A stretch of 47,081 nt of DNA, counting the filler, from Streblomastix strix (taxonomy: Eukaryota): the NCBI GenBank assembly GCA_008636045.1. It is 2 parts of 2 records of this genome, joined end to end, with 100 filler letters (N's around TTAATTAATTAA, not from the genome) between each part and the next. Parts side by side here need not be neighbours in the genome. Positions count along the whole stretch, not along the records: positions 23,599 to 47,081 come from SNRW01000280.1; 1 more part is not named here. One strand, 5' to 3'. The translations under genes and the position numbers were made by a program. Positions 24,399 through 37,830 of the stretch are shown here, in pieces (the first letter of the stretch is position 1; each line of letters starts with the position of its first letter). The notes below the pieces were generated by a model that was given only the letters and a program-made list of their open reading frames with translations, made no database searches and was not told the DNA's origin.

Positions 24399-24837
24399 TC
24401 AGTTCTTCATAATTAGAGTGAATATCAATAGCTTGGAAAACTGTGCCAGCGTGCCGAGTTGGACCCCCTAAAATTGCGAAAATGATGGTTGGTCAGTCGG
24501 TCGCTATAAAAATATATTGCAGAGCGGCTTGTATAAAACTTCCTTAATTTTTCTCTATTATTAGTCTTTTTCTGCCGAGTTATAGAGATAGAGAATATAG
24601 ACAAAAATAATATGATTGACGAACTATTAATAGTGATTAATGTATGACTAATGTATGATTTATTGGGCAGGATTAATGAAAAAAATTGATTAAAAAATAT
24701 TTTTTCTCGCTTTCTATCAAATATTTACCGACCAAGCGACCGACTTTCGCTCAAGGGGTCAATTTTAGGTGGTCCAACTCGGCACACTGGCACAGTTTTT
24801 CGGATCATTCAATTTTAGGCTAATTATGAAGAACTGA
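24399..24837. repeat. long inverted repeat (about 75-bp arms around an AT-rich spacer)
   Basis: AAAACTGTGCCAGCGTGCCGAGTTGGACCCCCTAAAATTG (24437-24476) pairs with CAATTTTAGGTGGTCCAACTCGGCACACTGGCACAGTTTT (24760-24799). An outer TCAGTTCTTCATAATTAG / CTAATTATGAAGAACTGA pair flanks them. Confidence 0.9.
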
Positions 24838-24950
24838 TTTATTTCAAGAGCGACCAACCGAACAAAATGATTTTTGCAAATTTTGGGAGTCTTATTCTGC
24901 ACATGTGTACAGTTTTTAGAAGGTAGCGATTTGAGTTAATATTGAATGAT

Positions 24951-25355
24951 TCAATGAACTTACTCTTCATCTTAGTATGAAAATGATTATTATTTTTATT
25001 CAAAGACGCTAACTAAATACATTAATTTATCATTGATTTCTTTCAATTATTCCTGTAGACTACCTAATACAATTTGTTCAGATGACTTATGTTTTGCTTA
25101 TTTCAATGCAACTTATTCATTCTATTCTGTGAAGATATATCCTTCTACTTTATATTGTTTATTCAAATTTATAGTTGATATCTCATCAATAGACTTTTTA
25201 TTAGCTGCATAGTATTAATGGAATTCATTAGTCGAATCAAACGTCAATGGTTGTAAATCAGTTTTATTGATTATTTTTAGTTCAGGTAATTATTATATTT
25301 TGTCTTATGATTTATGGTTCTTAACTAACTTACAATCGAATAATACTCTAGTCAT
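24951..25355 (-). CDS. small conserved hypothetical protein (homolog of 14792-15152)
   Basis: MTRVLFDC...FDSTNEFHQYY...STINLNKQYKVEGY. Confidence 0.6.
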
Positions 25356-25381
25356 TTCAATTTAACAAAAATAAATTATGT

Positions 25382-26262
25382 TCATACATCCTAAACATCA
25401 ATAACGATCTCTTTAATATGTTCGATTATATCATCTAATTCGTTATAAGGAAATGTGTATTTCGTTCCTTTTATTTTCATTCCATCACGTCTAGAGAACT
25501 CTTCTTTAATTAGTTCATTAATTGTTGTAGTTATCGGAAGATTATCGATAAAGAGTAACGTATCATGTTTATAATATTCGATTAGTCCTTCGCTAATAGT
25601 TTTCTTCATTTTCCTTCTAATTTATATCTTAATTTAATCATTATATTAATGAACCTCTTCAACTATTAAATAAAAACTTCTCTATTTACCTTTCGGAACT
25701 GCTCTTGTTTATCAATGTCGTACATCAGTGCTAAGTTCATTATTCTATTCTCTTAATTCACCATTCTCTTATTTTTGTTCATGAATTCACTGGTAACATT
25801 ATCGACATGGGTATCTATAGGAGTATTGGGATCAGCTTTGTGTTATGCAGTAACTCTTTCGTTAATTTTGTACATTATTTCTGTTACAATATCAAGATAT
25901 ATAATTGAAATCTTCATGTAAATTATGTTAATTAATTTTTTATATATGTATATTTTTCTAACTTCATTAATATATTCATTAGTCAGCTAATACTCAAGTA
26001 GGTGGAGATGGCAGGTTTTACTGCCAGCCGAATTGTCCTGGATAAATCTCTTATATTTCTTATTCATTTGAGTTTGTATAATATTATTAAGTTACTTTCT
26101 TGTATTCTCTTATTCGTTAATCAATTATATTAACTTATTTGCATTAACATAATTGTCCTTATCACTTATCAATATTTCGAATCTCATATAAGATCCAATA
26201 GTGGACGTTTCGTTGTTTGATACAATCCTTTCAAGTTTAGGTGTTGCTGCTTGTGATGTCAT
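25382..26262 (-). pseudogene. KilA-N domain protein
   Basis: MTSQAATPKLERIVSNNETSTIGSYMRFEILISDKDNYVNANKL... ORF-track 25391..25609 is its C-terminus; homolog of 13889-14757. Confidence 0.8.
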
Positions 26263-26457
26263 TTTCTGATCCAGTGAAAAGTTAGATTAATAAATTGAAA
26301 CGAATAATTAATTATTAATGCTTTGAAAATTAATTTACGAGGGGGTCAGTTGAATTTCAGCCGACAGATTGAACTGATAATTTGAATACAAATCTCCATG
26401 ATAGTTTAGGTAAATTTTTTATCCCTTGATTGTTTAAAAATAATTCATTATATTACT

Positions 26458-26718
26458 TCATAACTTTTTATTATTCTTGATAATCTCCTCAACTTATGCA
26501 TCATATTGCTCCATTAATTCTAATTTTGTATCTTCATCACTTTTATTGGCCATAGGATTAACAAAGCAATATGCTAAATCTACTAATCTATTGATTATAT
26601 TTTCCTTAATATATTATTTTAGTACATGTGCCTATTACTCAAGTTCTTTGATTTATTTATATTAATCTTAGATTTACAATAATTTTTAGCATTATTCGGT
26701 AATTGTTATTGAATCCAT
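26458..26718 (-). CDS. small coiled-coil hypothetical protein (element B only)
   Basis: Code-6 ORF MDSITITEQCQKLLQIQDQYKQIKELEQQAHVL...LAYCFVNPMA...; the end is uncertain. Confidence 0.45.
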
Positions 26719-26948
26719 TTGCTTATAATAAAAATATCCAAATTATATTTTGATTAATACATAAAAATAATTCAGTTGGCTCAGATATGAGCAATCAAAG
26801 TGTTACGATAATTCGAGCACTAATCACCAAATAAAAATTGTTGGAGCCAAATGGGACCGACAGAATGAACCAATAATTTGACCACAAATCACCATATCAA
26901 ATTGGTCCCTTCAAATTGAAGAGACTAGTTCACAATCAATCTCATTCA

Positions 26949-27341
26949 TCAATTCACAAGCATCAATTCAAGAACAAATTTTATTTCCGTTTATGTTACA
27001 TTTTAATTCATATAAATTTTGAACCAAATCAACATACTTCGTTAGTGATTCATTTATTAAAATTCATTGATTGTTCTTGTATCATTACAAAAACCTACAA
27101 AATTATCGTTATATTATTCTTTTTGCATTAATGATGAATGAATAGATACAACATCTGGAGTATTAAGTATCTTACATTATATGTATATTATTTTTCGCTC
27201 ATTATTTGAATTTACAAAATCATATGGTAGCCGAACTCGAAATTTCCCTACTTCAAACGTACAATCATCCTACATAATTTCAATGTGCTTCAAATTCTGA
27301 GCCGAAATCATATCAATAATTATTGCCAGATTATATGCCAT
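26949..27341 (-). pseudogene. putative minor capsid/penton homolog
   Basis: LPYDFVNSNNERKI...SIHSSLMQ..FVGFCN...IWFK...KFVLELMLVN*; one frameshift. Confidence 0.6.
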
Positions 27342-27399
27342 TTTTTATAAGCAAAAATAATGAGCTTTGCTCGCTGGAAAGGCTAAATTTCCATCAATA

Positions 27400-29121
27400 T
27401 CAAGCAATTATTTATCCAATAACCTCATCGAATGAGTGAGTTGTATTATAATCACATGAATTTCCATTGAGAGATCTAAAATGTCAGAAAATATCATGAA
27501 TTGTGCAAAGAATTGTGGGAGGTGGATGTTATTTATTAGAATCAACATTGTAATATGTATCAACTGCACCTTAATATATTGGTTATTTTCTTAGTTCAAT
27601 TGAAATATTTTTGTTCTGTGTATCTAATCCATCAAATGTTAATGCACCATTGCTATTACGTTCACATTATAAAGTGATAAAGAATGATGAATAATCACTT
27701 ACTGGATTGTATCTTCGTGTAGTACTATCTGTTGGAGTAGTGACTGATTCTTCATATTCATCAGTTGCTTCGAAAATATTATCAAAATTATTAGCAGCAA
27801 GTTATATTGTGAAGAATTACTCGTTAAGAGTATTCATTGGGAAATCAGGGAAATTTCGACCTAAAGTGCTAAATTGCATGTTCTAATAGCATGGGTTCTC
27901 AAAGCAAGTTGTTTATCTAATATCTTTTAGAAAGAATAAACACCTGTCAATAACGTGATAAAGTGGAGTATTTTGACTAGTTCTTAAACCTGTTAATGCT
28001 ACACCACTTGGAAATGCCAATGTTTCAATACGCTATGCAGGAACAACGAATGAACGACTTTGATAGAATTAAAATACGCGATTGAGACATATATCTGATG
28101 CTTTATATCCACTCATGTTAGCTGTAACAGCTGTTAAAATATAGTTTCTTACAGACACTGTAACTGGTCTAATGTCACAAACTAGATTCTTCAATCCTGA
28201 TGGTGTTAGTTCTTCTGCACGTATTCCAGTAATCAAATCAGCAGTGCATCCAATTTATGTGTACATGTTGGTGTATTGCAATGTGAGACTCTAGTTGCGG
28301 AAGAATAGATCAATATACTTAAGCTTATCTAGACCTGAACTCAATAATCCATCTTTGCAAATTGTATCAAATTTTGCTAATGATATAATTGGATCTACTT
28401 AGCAGAGTAAGAATGCTTTTGGATTAATTTTGAATTTAATTTTGAGATCATCAAATAGAGAATTAGGACATTCAGAAAATGCAGAGAAAATCAGTAAATC
28501 ATCTAGAGGAATTGATATTGCGAAATTAACTGGCATAAAATATGGTGCAGCAGTTTATGCAGCATGTGCATCTGAAATAGCTTTGAAGCTAATATATCTT
28601 TTACAGCAGGATATATCATCTATACGTACACTTTCATAAAGGGATTGAACAAAGCTATTAATATTTTTCTCTGATTTCGGTTTAATTGTGTTATAAATAA
28701 ATGATTCAGTTGTTGCATTATTCTATAGAGTTCCATCTACTGTCTTTCCTCAATGTTATAGAACATATTCTCTAATCATTTCAGCTGAATTTTTCAATCT
28801 AACAAATATGAAAGTACCTTCTTTGTATGCTTCATTAAATTAATCAAATTTATTATCGAACAGTAGATTCATTGTGAATTCAAGTGTATTGAATGAATTT
28901 TGGATTTATGTGACATCATGATCTGAATCGGTTAAGCTGACGATAACTTCTTTGTCAAATAATTATGGCATTTATAATTTTAACTTGATCTCTTTGATTG
29001 AAAAATGGAGTTATCCATCGTTCTAAAATGGTTGAATTGCAAAGATTTTTAGCAAGTTCTCAATAGTTTACAAACTTTCCTGTGATTTTGAGATATGAGT
29101 CTTCATAAACTAGCGATTCAT
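27400..29121 (-). pseudogene. putative major capsid protein homolog (~573 aa)
   Basis: MNRQFMKTHIS...PFQNDGQLHFSIKEIK...IPLDDLLIFSAFSE...FENPCYQNMQ...CERNSNGALTFDGLDTQN; a few internal TGA stops. Confidence 0.65.
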
Positions 29122-29184
29122 GTTCAATTGCACAAAAATAATCTGAATAAATGTTAGTTAATTCAATTGATGATTCACTTTAAA

Positions 29185-29514
29185 TCATTAAAATTTATTT
29201 CTAAGAAGGTATATACGTTTGTTTATTATATCAATCGGAACTTTTTTCCTTAAGTAATCATCTTACCGGAATGCCTTGAAATCTTAACTGAATTTTTATT
29301 TTGATTATTATTTATTTGGTCCGAATAGTGCATCAACGGCTGATGATCCTGCACTAATTCCTTTCGCCACCATACTTCCAGCTGGAACCAATGATTAGAA
29401 AAGTGCATTAGTTATGGACATTATTGGTTTAACTATTTTATCATTCATCCAACTGACTCCTTTACCTACATCTGAGACTAATTTTTTAAACTTGCTGAAT
29501 ATTCCTGCTGTTAT
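29185..29514 (-). pseudogene. small amphipathic protein homolog
   Basis: (I)TAGIFSKFKKLVSDVGKGVSWMNDKIVKP...YLRKKVPIDI; the start appears as ATA. Confidence 0.7.
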
Positions 29515-29567
29515 GATTTTAAAACGCAAAAATAAACGTAATTGTATCACTTAATCGAATAAATATC

Positions 29568-31174
29568 TCAAAGATAGTGTATTCCACTTGAGCAATATTT
29601 ATAAATATCTGTTGATGATTCAGGGATAACTTCTTGAACATTTTGCAAAAAGCAATATAACAATTTAAATTAAAAATTAAAACCCAAATAACAAATATTC
29701 AACCAATTAATATATTCACCAGCATTTCAATGAACAGATGCATGAAATCCCATACTTTTACCATCGGTTGGTAATTTCGCATTTGGAATTCTACCTATCT
29801 CTTATATACTTGTTGCTTATCCTTTTGTTTCAAAATATATATTGAATGCACATACTCTGCAAGTCCCATCATCAACAATATAATAAGTATTATAGGCATG
29901 ACCTCCGTAATCAAATGATGCAATTAGTTGAATTTAATTAAATACATTGGTTACTGTATATATTAGTTGTTAAGATGAAGCTAATTATTTATCATGTTTT
30001 ATTATTACATCATCAATGTGAGAATCAGGTTCTTTTGGATCTAGTTGAGATGCGTTTGGTTCTTCATTTGATGTTGGATTCTTATAGTTATCGAGTATAT
30101 ATTATCCCTAAAATTAACAATCATACTTATTCAATACTCCACTTACAACTACTTCTACATCTAATGATTTATCATATATATCTTTGAACAAACACATAGC
30201 AGTAAATTCTAATTATTAAGTACGAACTGATATGTATTTCATATTTGGGGGAAGCAATTTTTAAGTTATTGTCGAAAATAATCTATGAACTGTTTATAGG
30301 TTTTCTGAATTCTCTTATTATTATATTATTTATCCTAATTTTATACCAAAACTAAATATAATAAATGGACCTTCTTTTATGAAGAATGCTGCTCTATTCG
30401 CTTTATAGATTGCAAATTCATCCTCTAATTTTATATTACTATTCAAATAATTATCTTTGTTATCACCAACAATCCAGTTACGATCAAATCAGTTTATTTT
30501 CTCACAGTTTCATTTACAAGAGATTGAGTTTCGAATGTTCCTTTACCATTAACATGCCATGTATCCTATATATCAACTCGTCAATCATTATTTGTATCAT
30601 AATTTATAATCTTTGATTTTTCATATTTTTTATAATAAGTTATATTAATTATAATTGCAGTTTTTGGAGGAATCTATTAAGTATTAATGATAACAGGTCC
30701 ATTCTAGTCTACATAACAAAATATACTATTTTTATTCGTTGTATATGTTCCAACTAATGCAATCACTTTATCTTCTGCTTTTGGTCTCGCATCTTCAGGA
30801 TATTTTTTTTATAAATATCCATAGGGAAATAATCCAGTTGTTTCGTATGAGACGATTAATGAAACACGATCACTGTACACAGTCAATTATGGGTCTGATC
30901 CTCCTATTGATAAGAATCTAGATCGTTCTAGCTATGAACTTAAATCTAATTTTGAAGAAGCATTTGAAACTGGAGGAACGAATGCTTCGTTTGTATTACT
31001 AAGAATATCATCATTATCTTTCACTTATTTTTGTAAAGTTTTTTCTCCGATTGGTATTGCTTATGCAGATGGAACTGGCTATTGATATCTTTCACGAATG
31101 TATGCGTATAATTCTGGAAAATCTGATAACCCTGTTGCGTCTAATAAAGTTTCATCTAAGTATACTGAACTCAT
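29568..31174 (-). pseudogene. virion-like multi-domain protein homolog of 9015-10618
   Basis: MSSVYLDETLLDATGLSDFPELYAYIRERY...YPEDARPK...YNTYYIVDDGTCRVCAFNIYF...KYCSSGIHYL*. Confidence 0.7.
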
Positions 31175-31275
31175 TTCATACTTCAAAAATAAAGAATAAC
31201 GTTGTCTAGCTTTCAGCTAATAGTAATAGACATATTTGATAGGTAAAGCTAATATCAATTGCTCCATTATTATTT

Positions 31276-34200
31276 TCAGTTTGCTGCAGGATATGTAACG
31301 TTGATGTATGCTGATGCGGCACCAGCCAAACCCGCTGTTCCAGTTAGTGCTTTAATAGTTTCGTAACCTTTCCATCAGTTTTAAATTTGAAACTTGCGAA
31401 ATATGGTGCGGAGCCAGCAAAAACTATATCATTCGCTTAAAATTAATACTTTGAAAATCCAGCATTTGCAAGTATGCAAACTGCAACTTAAGCATCAGAA
31501 GCTCCTGCTTCATTACTCATATATATATCTGTAAAAGTTGATTAGTGATCCATCTCTCTAACATTTTAGTGACATTATTGAAGTTGTACTAACCACATCA
31601 TCAGTTTAAGTAATACTTATTAATTCTAATACTCCAAATGCCGATAATAATCTCACTACATCGCCAGCCAATAAGACTGACGTATCATCATTACCTGTTT
31701 TCACAAATCCTGTTGCATTAACATTTGCATTGAATTTATTAGTTCCATTAATTGATTAGTTATCGGTAATATTAACATAATTCGTTAGTTTTGCATCAAT
31801 CTCTAACAAAGTCAAATATATATTTTCAACTGGATCATATGTCTAATCATATGTCTAACCAAATGAACTTACATATTTTAATCTTCCTGTAGTAGTTTAT
31901 TAAATTGAACCTTCCAATCTAACATATTTATTATCTGTTTCTGTTCTAGAATAAGTTTCACTTTTATTATAATAATTTGATAAATCAGTTAGAGTACCAG
32001 TAAATTCAGATAGTGGCTTCGTAGTTCCATTTGCTAATAATACCTGCTAATTTGATCCACCAAATTTAATGAATGCAGATGCAGTAACATTTCCAGTAAA
32101 AGTTTTAATACCTAATATTTTTATGCAACTGTTGAATTACTTGTAACATATGAATTTGCAATTTCACCACGAGTAATATAATCTTCATCTTCCTCAGAAA
32201 AATCACCTGTATCTATACTTTTTCGAAAATATCGTTCAATTACTTATAAGTTCTTTCCTCTTTTCTTAACGAACGTACCTTCGATATCATATTTTGCTGT
32301 ATATTATCTAGTTTTAAAGTTATGGAAAGATTCAGGACTATCTGTTCTTATAAATTTTCCTGTGATACTTTATGATAATAATCTTGTTTTCCTCACATAA
32401 TTTGAATCATCAACGCCCCCATCGAATTCAGCTATTGGTTTAATACCACCAGCTCCTAATAAAACTTCAGTATTATTTGCGTCTAATTTGACAAATGATG
32501 ATCCTGTTACTGTCGACATTCTATCAATGGAACTTACGAATCTACAAATATTATTGAATGTCTTATTTGCATTTATTGTTTATGAAGAACCTAATGTAAC
32601 ATAATTAGATAGTTGGATTATATCTGCTTTTTCTCCTATTAATTCATTAATTTTTGTTTTATTGTAATAATCAGTTAAAACAACATCGCCAACATCAATC
32701 TATGATATTAGTTGATCTGCATCTGTCCTGGTTTATGTTGTTGATTAATATGCTTTATTATTTAAGATATTATTTGTATCAATTTTTGAATAATAATCAA
32801 TCAGTTACGTTTTATCAGCAATCAATAATAAAAGTGCATCATCTTATGTCTAGGTTTATGTAGTTTATTTATAAGCTTTCAATAACAAAAGTGCATCATC
32901 TTCACCTTTTGCTTAGGAAACCTCATTATTTGCTTTATTGTTTAAGAGATTATTTGTTTCATCTTTAGAGTATGAATCAATCAGTTATGTCTTATCAGCT
33001 TTCAATTATAGGAGTGTATCATCTTATGTCTTGGCATATGTAGTTGATTTATCAACTTTCAATAATAAAAGTGCATCAACATCACCTTTCGTATAGAAAC
33101 CCCAGTATCCGTTTTATTATTTAAGAGACTATTTGTTTCACCTTTAGTATGGACTTCGTCTCTGGCTTAAGTTTCTCATTCTGCTATATGAATCAATCAG
33201 TTATGTCTTATCAACTTTCAATAATAAGAGTGTATTATCTTCATCTTTCGTATAGGAAACCCCAATGTCTTCTTTATTATTTAAGAAATTATTTGTTTCA
33301 TCTTTAGTGCGTGAATCAATCAGTTATGTCTCATCCACTTTCAATAATAAGAGTGTATCATCTTATGTCTTGGTATATGTTGTTGATTTATCAGCTTTTA
33401 GTAATAAAAGTGCATCATCTTTACCATACAAGTAGGAAACCCCAGTATCAGCTTTATTATTTAAGAGTTTATTTTTTTCACCCTTAATGTATGAATCAAT
33501 CAGTCATCTCTTATCAGCTTTAAATAAAAAGAGTGTATCATCTTATGTCTTGGTATGTGTAATTGATTTATCAGCTTTCAATAATAAAAGTGCATCATCT
33601 TTACCATACATGTAGTAAACCCCAGTATCTGCTTTATTATCTATGAAATTATTTGTTTCACCTTTAGTGTATGAATCAATCAGTTATGTCTTATCAGCTT
33701 TCAATAATAAAAGTGCATCATCTTCGATCTTGATATATGTAGTTGATTTATCTGCTTTCAATAATAAATGTGCATCATCCTCCTATTTAGAATACGATGC
33801 ACTTTAAATATCTGCAATTGATAAAACTCTTCCTTTCGAACAAACAACACCTGAATTATCATATGTTTATACCATGATTCCAACTGAATGTATTATTTCA
33901 TTAAGTGACTTTTAATCATAAATATTTTTATCATAATCTATATCTAAAAATTTTTATTTTTCGCTGAAGTTAGTACGTTTCCATCAATTGATATATAAAT
34001 AATTGCATTACCTCCTCCTGTAGCTGTTTTTAGAGTTGTTTTAACATTATTCATATCAGGTAGATCAGTTTCTAGTACTTTTAAATCAGTTCCATCCCAC
34101 CAATAATTAGTAACTTCCTTATCAACAATATACAAATTATCTCCAACTACAAATTTTGCTACATAATCTTGAACAGTCGTTCAGTCATTCAACTCTGCTT

Positions 34201-35131
34201 GTGTTGAGAATACGTATGCTTTTGACTTTCCAGTTGCAATATCTCTTATCTTTTATAATTATGGTTGAGTTACTAATGAACTTACTAAGATATCTCCCTC
34301 ATTTGCATGAAAAATAGATGTATCATTTTTATTTAATTTTGATATGCTGAAAACGCTAATTTCACCGAATTATTTTTAACCTATTATTGTTTGAGCAGAA
34401 GTTAAATTAACATTATTAGCCAAATCAGTAACGTTAACTTTCAACAGTAAGAAAGCATCATCCTCTATCTTGGAATATGAATCAATTATTTCGGTTTTAT
34501 CAGCTTTCTGCTGTAAGAGAGCATCATCTTCGGATTTAGTAAATGAATCAATTAGTTTGGTTATATCAGCTTTCAACAATAAGAAAGCTTCATCATCTGT
34601 TTTGGAATAACAATCAATAATATCAACAATATTAGCTTTTGCATAGAGTAGAGTATCGGTTTCAGATTTGGTGTAAGTATCAGTTTTATCAGCTTTCAAC
34701 AGTAAGAGAGCACCATCTTTAGATTTAGTATACGTGTCTGATTTATCAACTTTCAACTTTAAGAGAGCATCATCTTCTGTCTTGGAATAACTATCCACAA
34801 TATCAGCAACATTAGCTTTCAATAATAGAAGTGCATCGTCTTCAAATTTAGTATAAACATCGATTAGTTCAGTCTTATCAGCCTTAAGGTCTAACTTTTC
34901 ATCAGTTTCTGTCTTTGTATACGAATCAGTTTTGTCTGCTTTTGTATCAAATATTTCATTTGCTTTAGGTCTAGTTTATTCATCAGGTGCAGGAGCATTA
35001 TTTATCATATTGATTTGATTGATAATGTTTTCAACCTAGTCAACTAAGCCAATTGAATTATATCTAATACTTCCGAATAAAACTTCATCGTGTTTGATAA
35101 GAACATCTAATGAGTGGAGATCTGAATCCAT
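31276..35131 (-). pseudogene. repeat-rich fibre/spike-like protein (~1280 aa)
   Basis: MDSDLHSLDVLIKHDEVLFGS..., with the same YTKxEDDALLLLKADK repeats. ORF-track 34376..34822 and 33944..34135 are pieces of it. Ends YINVTYPAAN*. Confidence 0.75.
32640..33800 (-). repeat. expanded coding tandem repeat block of fibre B (~180-bp higher-order unit)
   Basis: Units TGAATCAATCAGTTATGTCTTATCAGCTTTCAATAATAAAAGTGCATCATCTT recur at roughly 180-bp spacing (e.g. ~33310, 33490, 33670). Confidence 0.85.
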
Positions 35132-35157
35132 TTTATATGCAAAAAAATATAAAATGA

Positions 35158-35752
35158 TCAATGAATTTATGAAAGTACAGCCATCAATGATTTACTTGCT
35201 GCAGACATCAGTTTGGACGATATATCTCCTAGATCAATGATACTAGTTATTTCTCTTACTTTTTACGGACACAATTTATATGAATCTCTGAGAAGATTGA
35301 ATTTATCTATATCTAAAGTAAGTATATTAACATAATTAATTGTAATATCGTTTAATGTTCTTGTTCCATCATGCATAAATTTACCACTACATCCTTCATT
35401 TTCTATGTTAAGTACAATTTAGTTTTCCACTACATCAAATGTATATGCAATTAATCTAATTAATTATGATTTAGATAATTTGAAATGAGCTGACTCTTTA
35501 GTCATGTGTTCATCTTCACTAATTATATTCAAGTAGCCATCGACGCATTGATGGACATGGAACTATTATTTCATCAAATATTGATGATCTTCTTCTTGAA
35601 TGCTAAGTTTAATCCGATACTTAATCAGGCTCTTTTTCGAAAGGTGAATCTACTTCAACAATTGCAGGAGTTATCGGAACTGATAAACGTGGTGACATTG
35701 GTTCTATTTAACTTATTTTTTCAGATGATGATACAGATCTTTTCTATGACAT
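35158..35752 (-). pseudogene. ORF-X homolog
   Basis: RRSSIFDEIIVP...SEDEHMTKESAHFKLS..LIRLIAYTFDV...ITSIIDLGDISSKL; the start is approximate. Confidence 0.7.
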
Positions 35753-35814
35753 TTATTCTTACTATAAATAATGTGCCAATACTCATGAATAACATTTTTA
35801 ATTGAGATAAATAA

Positions 35815-36783
35815 ATGCCAAGTTAAACATTAAAAAATTGAAGAGTTTACAATTACGTTTAATGGTGATGGATATGATTAAATAGGTAAGGTAATAAATA
35901 CGAATGATGCAAATAGTTCAATAAATATAAATATTATGGATTCTAACTTTATTGAATAAGATATGTTTTCAAAAGATAATATTAATGATGCAATTGAATA
36001 CCTTAAGAATAATAAGGTACTATAGATCGAAATACTATACTAGGTACTTTTCAAAAAGGATACGTTTAGATAACGCAGTGTGTATATAAGTGGTAAAAAT
36101 AATTTAAAAATAATCTCTGCTGCTAATGTAGGAATTTAGCATGAAAATATTGATCCAGATTAACTGTAACAGTTTGTGAACTTTGCTTATGAATATGATC
36201 AACCAAATAAGGATATGGTTCTGTTTACATGCTATCTATTATATGAACGTATTCATCCGCATAAAGATGGAAATGGAAGAATGGGAATATGAATGTTTCT
36301 GGAAAATATATACTAATTTACTGAATCATTTGTTTCCCTATCATGTTCGTAACAATAAAAGCAAGCAAAACGATTAATAAATGATATATTCAAGTATATC
36401 AGTTTTGGAGAAGTAATGAATAAGCGTTAGGTCAAGAGTGGTGATGCACTGATTTATAGAGAAGAAATATAAGAGATAGATTTGAAGAAATTTTATGAAA
36501 TAATTAATAGTAACTAACGAACTAAACAACAATATTATACATTAGATTTAGATGATAATACTTGACAATTAATTATTTAATTATTGAATATAGCTAATTT
36601 ATGAGCTGAAGATGCCGAACGAATAACCATTTAATAATGTCAACGCGCATAATAAAAATATAGAATTCAACGACAGGAATTTTGTACATCTGCTAACGAT
36701 TTATAACTCCTCTTGATTCGACATTTATAGAAAACCATCATATATGATGCATAGGATTTACTTCAGATTAGTTAGATAATTGA
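35815..36783 (+). pseudogene. Fic/Doc-domain protein
   Basis: TFRQRSVYISG and LLYERIHPHKDGNGRMG (36236-36286), a variant of the Fic motif HPFxDGNGRxxR; stops and frameshifts present. Confidence 0.85.
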
Positions 36784-36867
36784 TCGGTACAATCAATAGA
36801 ACAATCAATCAAATAATCAATCAAACAATGAGTGATATGGATTTATTTATTATTATATTATAACAAA

Positions 36868-37074
36868 TGGAATACAATGAACTAACAAAGGAATAAAGAG
36901 AGAATGGATACAAAACTTATGCTAGGATAGAAACAATAATGCATCTATCTGAAGGAAAGATCCAATAAAACTAAGCAAAGAAGTAATAAAGATACTACGT
37001 TAATGAAGTATGATAATTAGATAAATAAGGAAAATTAAGATGGATTGGTCAAACTAATCAATGATTATTTCTGA
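36868..37074 (+). pseudogene. small hypothetical protein
   Basis: MEYNELTKEQRENGYKTYARIETIMHLSEGK... with a frameshift. Confidence 0.3.
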
Positions 37075-37237
37075 GTGGATCTACGATCTGATTTATTTTT
37101 GTACGTTATCTCTTCTCGTTAATGAGTTATAATAATAATAATAAAACTACATGTCAGCAATTCAATTTGAATTTGTTCCAAATTATTCCATAAATTAGTA
37201 CGAATAGGCTAGAATCATATGTAATATTATATATATC

Positions 37238-37710
37238 TCTAGATGGAACAATGGAACAAATGGAACGGAAATATATGAGATTGTGAAAAAGTGCAGACAT
37301 ACTGACATATTGACATATCTTTTATTTTAAATCTAAATTTGAGGGATTAGTTAACATTCTACCTAAAAAACTCTATCATAAGACTATTATTATGTTAGCA
37401 ATCTAAAAGATTGAGTTACATAATTGTTCCACCCTAAATTTCACAAATATATTGAAGGATTTTCAGCAATATTAGAATCTTTCATTTCCAAAATTAATTT
37501 CTATCTCTATAAGCATGGAACAAGTTTTTTCCATCAATTTTCAGGACATCGACATAATTCAATTGTTATGGTAGAATAGTTTAGGTAGAATATTCACTAG
37601 CCGTTGAGGATTAAATACAAAATGAAGGATATGTCAATATATCAGTATGTCACCAGTTTTTCACGAGACGTTTTGAGATTGGTCTATTTGTTCCAATTGT
37701 TCCACTTAGA
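37238..37710. repeat. inverted-repeat pair (about 80-bp arms), element-B motif
   Basis: TCTAGATGGAACAATGGAACAAAT...GTGAAAAAGTGCAGACATACTGACATATTGACATATC (37238-37319) pairs with GATATGTCAATATATCAGTATGTC..TTTTTCAC...ATTTGTTCCAATTGTTCCACTTAGA (37628-37710). Confidence 0.85.
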
Positions 37711-37830
37711 CAAATCACTTCATTTTCCCATTTCGCTAGCTCAAACTAAACTAATATGGATCAAATTTCTGTTCCATCTTCATTTTAGCTGAAATAAACT
37801 TTACATCAAAAAAATTTTCATTTATAGCTT

